Assembly: GCA_041586955.1 (NCBI GenBank)
Contig: JBFGZE010000003.1
Span: 34,855-98,854 of the forward strand
Direction: 5' to 3'
Source: Bacteriovoracaceae bacterium
Lineage (GTDB): Bacteria; Bdellovibrionota; Bacteriovoracia; Bacteriovoracales; Bacteriovoracaceae
DNA length: 64,000 nt
Shown here one piece after another: positions 52,556-61,264 of this stretch. The position numbers were made by a program, and so were the translations under genes. The notes beneath the pieces are model-generated. The model was given only the letters and a program-made list of their open reading frames with translations, was not told where the DNA came from and did not search any database. Within the stretch, counting starts at the first letter, position 1. Every line of letters begins with the position of its first letter.

Positions 52556-52577
52556 GCCTCCATAACAAGATATGGGG
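52531..52577 (+). promoter_or_regulatory. Tandem NrdR-box-like sites
   Basis: CACTCAATATTTCTCA and ATAACAAGATATGGGG with cores 31 bp apart, directly before nrdB. Confidence 0.6.
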
Positions 52578-52585
52578 GGTAACAA

Positions 52586-53554
52586 ATGGCATCAATCTTA
52601 ACGCCAAATCCAAATCGCTTTGTTCTTTTTCCAATCGAATATGATTCCGTTATGGAAATGTATAAAAATCATATGGCGGTTTTTTGGACGACAGAAGAAA
52701 TCGATCTTGACCAGGATATCCTCGATTGGGATAAACTAAATAAAGATGAACAACACTTTATTTCTCACGTACTCGCTTTCTTTGCGGCCAGCGATGGTAT
52801 CGTTAATGAAAATTTGGCGCTACGCTTTTATAACGACGTCCAAATTCCCGAAGCTAAATGTTTCTATGGTTTTCAAATTGCGATGGAAAATATTCATAGT
52901 GAAATGTATAGCTTAATGATTGATACCTTTATTAAAGACCCCGTCGAAAAGGATAGACATTTTAAAGCAGTTCAAAATTATCCATTTGTCGCCGAGAAGG
53001 CCAATTGGGCGCTTAATTGGATTAATTCTGATGCAACCTATGCCGAGCGTTTGATCGCGTTTTGTGCAGTCGAAGGTATTTTCTTTTCGGGCTCATTTTG
53101 TTCGATTTATTGGCTTAAAAAAAGAGGGCTTATGCCTGGGCTGTGCACTTCAAACGAATTCATAGCCCGCGATGAAGGGCTTCATGCTGAGTTTGCTTGT
53201 TTAATGCATGATCTTCTCCCTCCAGAACAAAAATGTGATAAGGCCAAAATTACCCATATCATTACTGAAGCAGTTACCATTGAAAAGAAATTCATTTGCG
53301 AAGCACTTCCTGTTTCCCTAATTGGAATGAACTCTGATTTAATGGCCACTTATATTGAATTTGTCGCCGATTTTTGGCTAGATCGACTCGGCTGCAATAA
53401 AGTTTATTATTCTGAAAATCCTTTCGATTGGATGGATTTAATCTCACTGGAGGGAAAAACAAATTTCTTTGAAAAACGCGTGAGTGAATATCAAAAATCA
53501 GGAGTCCTGGCCGATCGTTCTCAGCAGCGCTTTAGTCTTGATGAAGATTTTTAA
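52586..53554 (+). CDS. nrdB: Class Ia ribonucleotide reductase beta subunit (eukaryote-like subclass)
   Basis: 'RFVLFPI', '[13 protein letters not shown]', 'ENIHSEMY', 'EGIFFSGSF', 'DEGLH', 'KTNFFEKRV', ends DEDF. Confidence 0.95.
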   Translation: MASILTPNPNRFVLFPIEYDSVMEMYKNHMAVFWTTEEIDLDQDILDWDKLNKDEQHFISHVLAFFAASDGIVNENLALRFYNDVQIPEAKCFYGFQIAMENIHSEMYSLMIDTFIKDPVEKDRHFKAVQNYPFVAEKANWALNWINSDATYAERLIAFCAVEGIFFSGSFCSIYWLKKRGLMPGLCTSNEFIARDEGLHAEFACLMHDLLPPEQKCDKAKITHIITEAVTIEKKFICEALPVSLIGMNSDLMATYIEFVADFWLDRLGCNKVYYSENPFDWMDLISLEGKTNFFEKRVSEYQKSGVLADRSQQRFSLDEDF

Positions 53555-53560
53555 CCAAAA

Positions 53561-54139
53561 ATGGGCACCTTTTTTGTCACCGTCCTCTTTATCATAATTT
53601 TGGGTTTTCTCCTGACCGCTTTAAAATATTTAGGTCAGGAGAAACACCTAAGTCAGTCTTATTATAATCATTTCAACTTCTCCTCCCTTATTATTTCAGT
53701 TCCCCCCTGGTGGCAAAAAACAGGTGACCCCATTGGAAGATTAGGATTCCGCTCCCTAATCGGCACAAGGGAGTTCATTTGTGAATTCCAATTACAAAAA
53801 ATAGTCCCGTCCCGAGAATTCCAAACAAATTTCCCTTTTATGCTTGGTGATTTTCTCGATTCTCATCATATTGTCATGGATCCCGATTCTGTCCTCGAAA
53901 ATCGCAAAGAGATAATCATCTCCGATCAAAAACTCAATCAACGCATCCAATCCATTTATCGGCTTGAGGGAAAAGGAACTCTTAAAAAAGAAAAGCGTAT
54001 TTACCTGGATTGCTTCCTCATTAAATACACTGATTTGCCCACCCCTCTCCTTTGCTATGCTATTAGTCCTGTCTTAATGGGAGGTCTTGAAGGACCATAT
54101 TTTGAAAAAGCGGTCTTCCATATGGCCGTAGCTGAGTGA
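53561..54139 (+). CDS. Hypothetical membrane-anchored protein
   Basis: N-terminal TM, 'VPPWW', 'GGLEGPYFE'; 6 nt after nrdB. Confidence 0.6.
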   Translation: MGTFFVTVLFIIILGFLLTALKYLGQEKHLSQSYYNHFNFSSLIISVPPWWQKTGDPIGRLGFRSLIGTREFICEFQLQKIVPSREFQTNFPFMLGDFLDSHHIVMDPDSVLENRKEIIISDQKLNQRIQSIYRLEGKGTLKKEKRIYLDCFLIKYTDLPTPLLCYAISPVLMGGLEGPYFEKAVFHMAVAE

Positions 54140-54193
54140 TTTCTATTGAATTATTGGACTTTTCTCATTATTTTGGAAGAAGGAGAAATCCCA

Positions 54194-54964
54194 ATGACAA
54201 AGCACACCATTCTTATTATTTTATTGTGTCTCAATATATCATTAGGCCATGAGCAATTGCATGCCGAGGTTATTCGCGTTGCAGTCGCAGCGAATTTTAC
54301 TCCAACATTAAAATTAATCGCTCATGATTTTAAAAAAATCACAGGCCATCAAATTCAAATTTCCTCCTCTTCTACGGGTAAGCATTTCGCCCAAATCCAA
54401 AATGGGGCACCCTTTGACATTTTTTTTGCGGCCGATCGTCAAAGACCTGAGGCCCTAGAGCAATCGGGGGTGGCCCAAAAAGGTACACGTTTTACCTATG
54501 CTCTTGGTAAAATTGTTCTTTGGAGCCTCAATAAAAATCTCATTGATAACCATCCTGATATTTTAAAAAACAAGAAATTTAAATTTTTGTCTATCGCCAA
54601 TCCTAAATTGGCGCCCTACGGTCGAGCGGCACTTCAATACTTAGAAGCATTAAAATTGATGCCCCAGCTAAAAGGTAAAATTGTCCGCGGTGAAAATATC
54701 ACTCAGGCCTTTCAATATATTTTAAGTGGTAATGCCGATTTAGGATTTATCGCCAAAACACAGGCAATCACTCATTCTTCAGGATTTTTTTGGGAAATCC
54801 CCCAGGATCTTTACACTCCTATAGAGCAACAAGCGATTTTGATTAAAGAAAACCCTATTGCCAAACAGTTTTTAACTTTCGTGAAATCCAGAAAATCCTT
54901 AGACATTATTAAGAAACAGGGTTATGGCATTCCCTCTTTGCAAGGTCACAACGATGGTCAATAA
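54194..54964 (+). CDS. modA: Molybdate ABC transporter substrate-binding protein
   Basis: 'VAVAANF', 'SSTGK', 'NGAPFD.F..A', 'ANP.LAPYG.AA'; start trimmed to MTKH. Confidence 0.95.
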   Translation: MTKHTILIILLCLNISLGHEQLHAEVIRVAVAANFTPTLKLIAHDFKKITGHQIQISSSSTGKHFAQIQNGAPFDIFFAADRQRPEALEQSGVAQKGTRFTYALGKIVLWSLNKNLIDNHPDILKNKKFKFLSIANPKLAPYGRAALQYLEALKLMPQLKGKIVRGENITQAFQYILSGNADLGFIAKTQAITHSSGFFWEIPQDLYTPIEQQAILIKENPIAKQFLTFVKSRKSLDIIKKQGYGIPSLQGHNDGQ

Positions 54965-55634
54965 TGATAGTTTTTTGGCCCTTGCCATTACTTTAAAACT
55001 GGCCTTTGTGACAACATTCTGTCTTTTAATAATTGGAACACCTTTGGCATGGTGGCTTTCACAAACTCGTCATCGTTTTAAAATTATAATTGAGGCGATG
55101 GTGGCCTTACCTTTGGTCCTACCTCCAACAGTCCTAGGATTTTATCTTCTCATCTTTTTAGGCGCGCAAGGCCCTCTCGGCCAATTAATGTTATCCTTAG
55201 GGTTACAACCTCTCGCTTTCACCTTTACCGGCCTGGTTATTGGCTCTTTTTTTTATTCCCTCCCCTTTGTAGTTCAACCTCTTCAAGAAACATTTTCGTC
55301 CATTGGCACAAGGCCTTTGGAAGTTGCGGCGACTTTACGGGCGGGCCCTTTTGACCGGTTTTTTAATGTCGTTATTCCGCTCGCCCGCCCTGGATTTTTA
55401 ACTGCAATGGTCCTTGGGTTTGCTCATACTGTTGGAGAATTTGGTGTAGTGCTAATGATCGGTGGTAATATCCCGGGGAAAACTCAAGTGCTCTCGATTG
55501 CCATTTATGATCATGTCGAATCAATGGAATATGGCCAGGCCCATATCCTTTCAATTGGACTCCTGATCTTCTCCTTTTTCCTCTTGTTCTTGGTATACGG
55601 CCTTAAACGGCGCCAGCAAGGAGGCCAGCAATGA
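54954..55634 (+). CDS. modB: Molybdate ABC transporter permease
   Basis: 'LPLVLPPTVLGFYLL', 'FAHTVGEFG'. Confidence 0.95.
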   Translation: MVNNDSFLALAITLKLAFVTTFCLLIIGTPLAWWLSQTRHRFKIIIEAMVALPLVLPPTVLGFYLLIFLGAQGPLGQLMLSLGLQPLAFTFTGLVIGSFFYSLPFVVQPLQETFSSIGTRPLEVAATLRAGPFDRFFNVVIPLARPGFLTAMVLGFAHTVGEFGVVLMIGGNIPGKTQVLSIAIYDHVESMEYGQAHILSIGLLIFSFFLLFLVYGLKRRQQGGQQ

Positions 55635-56698
55635 GTCTACAAGGAAAGTTTTCCCTCAAGCGGCAATCTTTTGAACTTGATGTTGACTTGAATTTTCCAT
55701 CTCATGGAGTTAATGCCATTTTTGGTCCATCTGGCTGCGGTAAAACAACTTTATTGCGCTTGATTGCCGGCTTGGAAAAAGACCCACAAGGGCAATTAAC
55801 AATTGGCGATCATATATGGCAAGATCATAAGACTTTCTTGCCTCCACATGAAAGAGGAATCGGTTACGTCTTTCAAGAGGCAAGTCTCTTTGATCACTTA
55901 TCAGTCAAGGGTAATCTCGACTTTGCCTTTAAAAGAGTTCCTCATCATCAACAAAAATTAAACTATGATCAAATTATTGAGTTAATAGGTATTGGCAATA
56001 TGCTCTCAAAGAGTTCTCGCATTCTCTCAGGCGGGGAAAGACAAAGGGTCGCCATTGCCCGGGCCTTACTCTCTGGCCCCAACCTATTATTGATGGATGA
56101 GCCACTTGCAGCCTTGGACAAAAAAAGTAAAAGCTCCATTCTTCCTCTATTGACGAAACTTCAAAGTGAATTGAATATCCCCATTCTTTATGTCAGCCAT
56201 TCAAGTGATGAGGTGGCCGTTTTAGCGGATCATTTAACGCTTATGGAGCATGGCCGTTTCACTGCGGCAGGACCTTTAGAGTCATTATTAACAGACCTTA
56301 ATTTTCCATTAGCGCACGGCCCTCAAGCAGAATCTTTGATCAAGGCCCACGTATCTGGTTACGATAAAGATAACCACCTGACCCATTTATCATTCGCTGG
56401 CGGCGGGGTTTATATAACGGGCACGGAGTTGCCGCTAAACAGTGAAGTTCGCCTAAGAGTTTTGGCCAAAGATGTCAGCATAACTTTAAAAGAGGCACAG
56501 CAGACAACGATTTTAAATATACTTCCGGGAGTTATTCGAGAAATTAAAACAGAAGAGAAAGGTCAAATCATTATTGCTCTTGATTGTGGTGGTACCTCTA
56601 TTCTTTCTCGGGTGACAAAAAAGTCTGCGGCAAATCTCGGCCTTTGCCCGGGCATGAATATTTTCATTCAAATAAAGTCGATAGCTATTCTCGACTAA
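55631..56698 (+). CDS. modC: Molybdate ABC transporter ATPase
   Basis: GPSGCGKTT, LSGGERQR, DEPLAALD, C-terminal TOBE/Mop domain. Confidence 0.95.
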   Translation: MSLQGKFSLKRQSFELDVDLNFPSHGVNAIFGPSGCGKTTLLRLIAGLEKDPQGQLTIGDHIWQDHKTFLPPHERGIGYVFQEASLFDHLSVKGNLDFAFKRVPHHQQKLNYDQIIELIGIGNMLSKSSRILSGGERQRVAIARALLSGPNLLLMDEPLAALDKKSKSSILPLLTKLQSELNIPILYVSHSSDEVAVLADHLTLMEHGRFTAAGPLESLLTDLNFPLAHGPQAESLIKAHVSGYDKDNHLTHLSFAGGGVYITGTELPLNSEVRLRVLAKDVSITLKEAQQTTILNILPGVIREIKTEEKGQIIIALDCGGTSILSRVTKKSAANLGLCPGMNIFIQIKSIAILD

Positions 56699-56701
56699 GT
56701 A

Positions 56702-57226
56702 CTAATTGATGACCGTTATTCCCAACTCTGCTTCCTTTTTCACCACTTCAAGAATAGGCAAAGGATGAAATTTGACCTGGAATTGATCCGTTAACTTAAG
56801 AGCTAACTCAGGGTTAAGAGTGCGGTTCATCGCTTTATGATTAAATGAGATATGAGGGTATTGGTTAATAAACTCGTCCATATCGGGAACAACAAACTCC
56901 GCATGTTCCCAACCCTCTTGATAAGATGAATCCAATTTGGGCGCCGGTAATTCGATCGCTTCAATTTTAAATGGACCAAATTTGATTGGTTCCTCTAGCG
57001 CAAAAATCGCAATCATCCGACCACTCACTTGGGCCTCTCCAGCTAAAAAAGCGATGGATTGCAATTGATCTTTTAATTCTTGATAACGACTTTCACTGGT
57101 CACGCGGTAACAAATATGATCACAAAGCGTAAGATTCTTAATGCCAAGTTTTTCCAGATTTTCAATAATTAAGGTAAGCATTGGCCCATAATCGCCTAAT
57201 AGTGATTTAATCACCCTTGTCTCCAA
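56702..57226 (-). CDS. YecM-family (VOC-like) metal-binding protein
   Basis: 'CDHICYRV', 'V.GR.I', 'IELPAPK', 'GWEHAEFV', 'VKFH'. Confidence 0.85.
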   Translation of the reverse strand: METRVIKSLLGDYGPMLTLIIENLEKLGIKNLTLCDHICYRVTSESRYQELKDQLQSIAFLAGEAQVSGRMIAIFALEEPIKFGPFKIEAIELPAPKLDSSYQEGWEHAEFVVPDMDEFINQYPHISFNHKAMNRTLNPELALKLTDQFQVKFHPLPILEVVKKEAELGITVIN

Positions 57227-57417
57227 TATTAATAGGTTGTTTTTATGGTCTTATCTCACTATAACAAAACCCGTCAATATCATTCAAGGCCTTCGTTCAC
57301 AGACTCGCATAAATAAGTTTTCTCAATTGTTTCAATTTCTCAGTGAACATTAATGATCGTTTATTACAGAAAGAATATTTTACTCAAGTGAGTAAGATGC
57401 TTTGAAGGTTTTTTAAT

Positions 57418-58194
57418 CTAATGGTCAAGATTACATTTTACAGAATAAATGTCTTTGTATCGATCAAGAATTTCTTGGTACTTGCCATTTTGTTTTATTA
57501 TCTTAAGGCCTTTATTAAAATCGTTCCGAAGTTTTATATCGTAAAATTTAACATTACGCGGAGTTGGATCAGTTAAATTATGGAATTTAAACAGATTGAT
57601 CTGATCCCCTATTTCACGCCTGACAACAGTGTTAAAAATATTTTTATCTCCTATAGCAACTTGAATCCGGTTTTTAAGTAATAAAACGTAATGCTTTCTT
57701 TGCTCAATATTTTCCGAGTATTCCTTATTGGACTTGGTCATCTTGTAAAAGAGAGGACCTATTGTTGCACTGGCAGAGGCAAATGCCATAATCGATTTAT
57801 TTTGGTAATCGCTCATCGTTTTTAAAACGAAATTGTTTTCTTTAAGCGTAATAGCGCAATCTATGTAATTGAGGGTGGTCGCCGAATTATAAAACTTAAT
57901 TTTTGTTTGAGAATAATCCTTATTATTTAAATTCGAAGCGATCCCATCAACCTCCTTTTCTGCCATAAGACGTATCGCTCTTTTATAAGGGATATTTCCA
58001 TATAATTTAAAAGTATGGCCAGAGGCATTGAGGGCATACATGATTATGTCTAACTCGATCCCGGATCTATTTTTCTCCATCAAATAAGGTGCCATCGACA
58101 TGGTAAAGGCGATATTCACCTGATTTGGTTTAATATCCACCTGGGAAAAGAGACAGATACTAGTGACGCCAAATATTGCTAATCGTCTTTTCAC
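57418..58194 (-). CDS. Orphan periplasmic substrate-binding protein (family 3)
   Basis: 'PY', 'GIELDI', 'FNKGLKIIKQNGKYQEIL'. Confidence 0.8.
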   Translation of the reverse strand: MKRRLAIFGVTSICLFSQVDIKPNQVNIAFTMSMAPYLMEKNRSGIELDIIMYALNASGHTFKLYGNIPYKRAIRLMAEKEVDGIASNLNNKDYSQTKIKFYNSATTLNYIDCAITLKENNFVLKTMSDYQNKSIMAFASASATIGPLFYKMTKSNKEYSENIEQRKHYVLLLKNRIQVAIGDKNIFNTVVRREIGDQINLFKFHNLTDPTPRNVKFYDIKLRNDFNKGLKIIKQNGKYQEILDRYKDIYSVKCNLDH

Positions 58195-58490
58195 ATGACC
58201 ACCTAAGGTTCCATTTCATCGAATCCTATAACTTACTAAAGTCATAAAGGATTCAAGATGTAATACTTATGGCATACTAAAACGCCCCACTAAATAGAAA
58301 CCACTTACAACAAATCCATCGTTTTGGTGCCATCACTCTAACTCTCTACCTACCAAGGTGACATGTCAATAACTCTTGTTTACCAAATCCCCATGAATAG
58401 ATACTTTTTCTGAATCCGAGATCATTTTTTATCAATTACTTTGATCTTTGTTACATAAGAAATTGAGGATTATCAGAAACAGAGATATAA

Positions 58491-60026
58491 ATGAAAGACT
58501 TAATCTTATATCAAAAAGGAAGAACCTCGATGTTCGAATTGTTTTCTAAAACGAAAGAAACCCTAAAAAATGACCTTTTATCCGGTCTTACCGTTTCATT
58601 GGCCCTTGTCCCAGAAGCTGTCGCCTTTTCATTTGTCGCAGGAGTGGATCCACTCGTTGGTCTATACGCTGCCTTTTTAGTCGGTTTAATCACCTCAATT
58701 TTCGGTGGTCGACCAGGCATGATTTCTGGAGCGACAGGCGCACTGGCCGTGGTAATGGTAACCCTGGTCGCCAATCATGGCGTTGAATATCTTTTTGCCA
58801 CTGTCGTACTGATGGGCCTTCTCCAAACCTTGGCCGGCGTTCTAAAGCTCGGAAAGTTTGTTCGACTTATACCTCACCCTGTCATGTTAGGCTTTGTTAA
58901 CGGTCTCGCCATCATTATCTTTTTGGCCCAATTATCTCAATTTAAATTTAAAAATAATCAAGGTGCTCTACAATGGCTCGAAGGAAAAGACATGGGCCTT
59001 ATGCTCGGTCTTGTCATTTTAACAATGGCGATTATTCACTTTCTTCCTAAATTAACAAAGGCCATCCCTTCATCTCTCGCTGCGATCGTAACAGTAACGG
59101 GGCTTGTCCATTTTCTCGGTCTCGATACGCGAACCGTTTCTGATCTCGCTTCAGTTGCTGGTGGACTCCCCACCTTCCATATTCCAGCTATTCCTTTTAA
59201 CCTGGAAACGCTTAAAATTATTTTTCCCTATTCGGCCATTTTGGCCTCAGTTGGTTTAATTGAATCTCTTATGACCCTACAACTTGTCGATGAAATTACA
59301 GAGACAAGAGGACGCGCTAATCGCGAATGTATCGGTCAGGGTCTGGCCAATATCGTCACTGGTTTTTTTGGTGGTATGGGTGGTTGTGCCATGATCGGTC
59401 AGAGTATGATTAACGTCAATTCTGGTGGTCGCGGTCGTGCTTCTGGTATTAGTGCAGCGCTTTTCCTTTTATTCTTCATTGTTGCCGGCTCCAGTATGAT
59501 TGAGATGATTCCCTTGGCCGCACTCGTCGGTGTAATGTTCATGGTAGTCTTTGGAACTTTCGAATGGTCAAGTGTTCGCGTCCTTAACAAGATCCCCAAG
59601 TCAGACGCTTTTGTTATCATTCTCGTCTCAACCGTCACGGTATTTACAGACCTTGCCATTGCCGTTTTTTGTGGTGTGGTTGTCTCATCACTTGTCTTTG
59701 CTTGGAAAAAATCTGAACGCATTAACTCTGAAGAGTATATTGATGAAAAGGGATATAAACATTATAAACTAAGCGGTCCTCTCTTTTTTGGTTCGGTTCA
59801 AAGCTTTCAAGAACTTTTCAATCCAAAAGAAGACCCTAAAAAGGTTTTTCTCGACTTTAAAGATTCAAGAGTTTGTGATTACTCCAGTATCGAAGTTCTC
59901 AATAACTTAGTGGATAAGTATAAAGGTCTCGATAAAGAAGTTTATATTAAAAACCTCAGTCCTGATTGCCAAAGTGTTGTCGATAAGGCCGGTAAGATTT
60001 TTGAGGCCAAAAGAGTTAATCCTTAG
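58491..60026 (+). CDS. SulP family anion transporter with STAS domain
   Basis: 'LALVPEAVAFS', 'GRPGMISGATGA', 'GGCAMIGQS', 'GPLFFGS'; start may be 58530. Confidence 0.93.
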   Translation: MKDLILYQKGRTSMFELFSKTKETLKNDLLSGLTVSLALVPEAVAFSFVAGVDPLVGLYAAFLVGLITSIFGGRPGMISGATGALAVVMVTLVANHGVEYLFATVVLMGLLQTLAGVLKLGKFVRLIPHPVMLGFVNGLAIIIFLAQLSQFKFKNNQGALQWLEGKDMGLMLGLVILTMAIIHFLPKLTKAIPSSLAAIVTVTGLVHFLGLDTRTVSDLASVAGGLPTFHIPAIPFNLETLKIIFPYSAILASVGLIESLMTLQLVDEITETRGRANRECIGQGLANIVTGFFGGMGGCAMIGQSMINVNSGGRGRASGISAALFLLFFIVAGSSMIEMIPLAALVGVMFMVVFGTFEWSSVRVLNKIPKSDAFVIILVSTVTVFTDLAIAVFCGVVVSSLVFAWKKSERINSEEYIDEKGYKHYKLSGPLFFGSVQSFQELFNPKEDPKKVFLDFKDSRVCDYSSIEVLNNLVDKYKGLDKEVYIKNLSPDCQSVVDKAGKIFEAKRVNP

Positions 60027-60038
60027 TTTCAATTTTTG

Positions 60039-60070
60039 ATAGCGGAAACCAATGTTTCCGCTATTATTTT
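60039..60070. terminator. Terminator between convergent sulP and hemerythrin gene
   Basis: ATAGCGGAAAC-CAAT-GTTTCCGCTAT. Confidence 0.8.
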
Positions 60071-60071
60071 C

Positions 60072-60740
60072 TTAATCAAACTCCGCTTTCATTCTGTCTA
60101 ATTCTTCTGTGGTAAAAAACTCTTGGGCCTGACCAAAAATAATATTATCCTCACGAAAGATATGAAGTTGCAATAAATCACCTAATTCATTGCCCAATTT
60201 AATAATTTCTTTATAAACAATGGCCTGTGATTGTTGATCTTTGATTAAATCGATTAATTTAAGAAGGTGAGATATAATCGCCCCTTGCTTAACCGCCTGA
60301 ACATGATCGTCTTCCAAGACCTGAATCCCAGTGAAAGGATTTGTACCAGAACTATGTTCCCCACTCTCCAATAATTTCTCATGTAAGGATTTAAATAATT
60401 GAGACTCCTCTTTCTGATTATGAGGGATAAATTCCTCATTAAAAAAGATGAGAAATTTCTTAACTTCTTGAACATCAGCGACGTCAATAGAACCTTGTAT
60501 TCGCTTGGAATTAAGAACCTTTTTTAAAATATCAATACGCTCTAAGAGCCTCTTATGATCGTCAGTCAATTCCTGTAAAAAGGGGTGAAGGTCATCATAG
60601 GCCTTAACATTCTGGGCAGGTGGCCCAAAAGCATCTGGGGGCGACATAGGAGAAAGGCCATCACCCATATCATGAGCAGACACCGATACCTGGCGCTTAA
60701 GAGGATCACTTTTTTGCATATTTTTATTGTTTTGGTCCAT
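60072..60740 (-). CDS. Hemerythrin/HHE domain protein with Pro-rich N-terminal extension
   Basis: DDH, HNQKEE..LF, DDH, HIFREDNIIF; start likely MDQNN (60740) or MQKSD. Confidence 0.85.
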   Translation of the reverse strand: MDQNNKNMQKSDPLKRQVSVSAHDMGDGLSPMSPPDAFGPPAQNVKAYDDLHPFLQELTDDHKRLLERIDILKKVLNSKRIQGSIDVADVQEVKKFLIFFNEEFIPHNQKEESQLFKSLHEKLLESGEHSSGTNPFTGIQVLEDDHVQAVKQGAIISHLLKLIDLIKDQQSQAIVYKEIIKLGNELGDLLQLHIFREDNIIFGQAQEFFTTEELDRMKAEFD

Positions 60741-60789
60741 AATCCGACTCGACAGGCGCAATAGGCCAAGAGTTAAAAGGTTCTCCATC

Positions 60790-60830
60790 AAGATACCATA
60801 GACCTATGACAAAACCCTGATATATCTCAG
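60790..60830 (-). promoter_or_regulatory. Class II Crp/Fnr-type promoter of hemerythrin gene
   Basis: CTGAGATATATCAG (60830-60817), centre 28.5 bp from TGn-TATCTT. Confidence 0.6.
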
Positions 60831-60874
60831 CTTCCATTCGCCAAAAATTGAAATTAATGGCCACCAACTACTCT

Positions 60875-61243
60875 CTAGAATCTTTTCTTATATTTAATAA
60901 TTGTCACCATATATGAAATTAAGAAAATTCCCGCCAAGCAAAACTTAAGGCCATCAAATATATATTGACCTAAAATCCACTTTCCTGAAAAATTTACGAT
61001 AATGGCCAATATCACGCCGAGAGCAAATGCTTTACAAAATTTTATCAGACTAAGGTCTGAAGGTGAGATAAGTGTTCCCGTTTTAACAACTATGGGTAGC
61101 CCCACAACACCAAAGAAAAATAATATAGCGGCAAAACCTAATACAAAGGGATTATTATTAACAAAGATATCGAACATCCCTAGTTTTTGAAAAATAACAG
61201 CGACAAGCGCATAAATAGTAAAATACAAACTCAATAATCTCAT
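60875..61243 (-). CDS. Small four-TM membrane protein
   Basis: Four hydrophobic segments, basic C-terminus; 21 nt after 61265-62449 gene. Confidence 0.7.
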   Translation of the reverse strand: MRLLSLYFTIYALVAVIFQKLGMFDIFVNNNPFVLGFAAILFFFGVVGLPIVVKTGTLISPSDLSLIKFCKAFALGVILAIIVNFSGKWILGQYIFDGLKFCLAGIFLISYMVTIIKYKKRF

Positions 61244-61264
61244 AAACTAAATCCTATTTTATAA

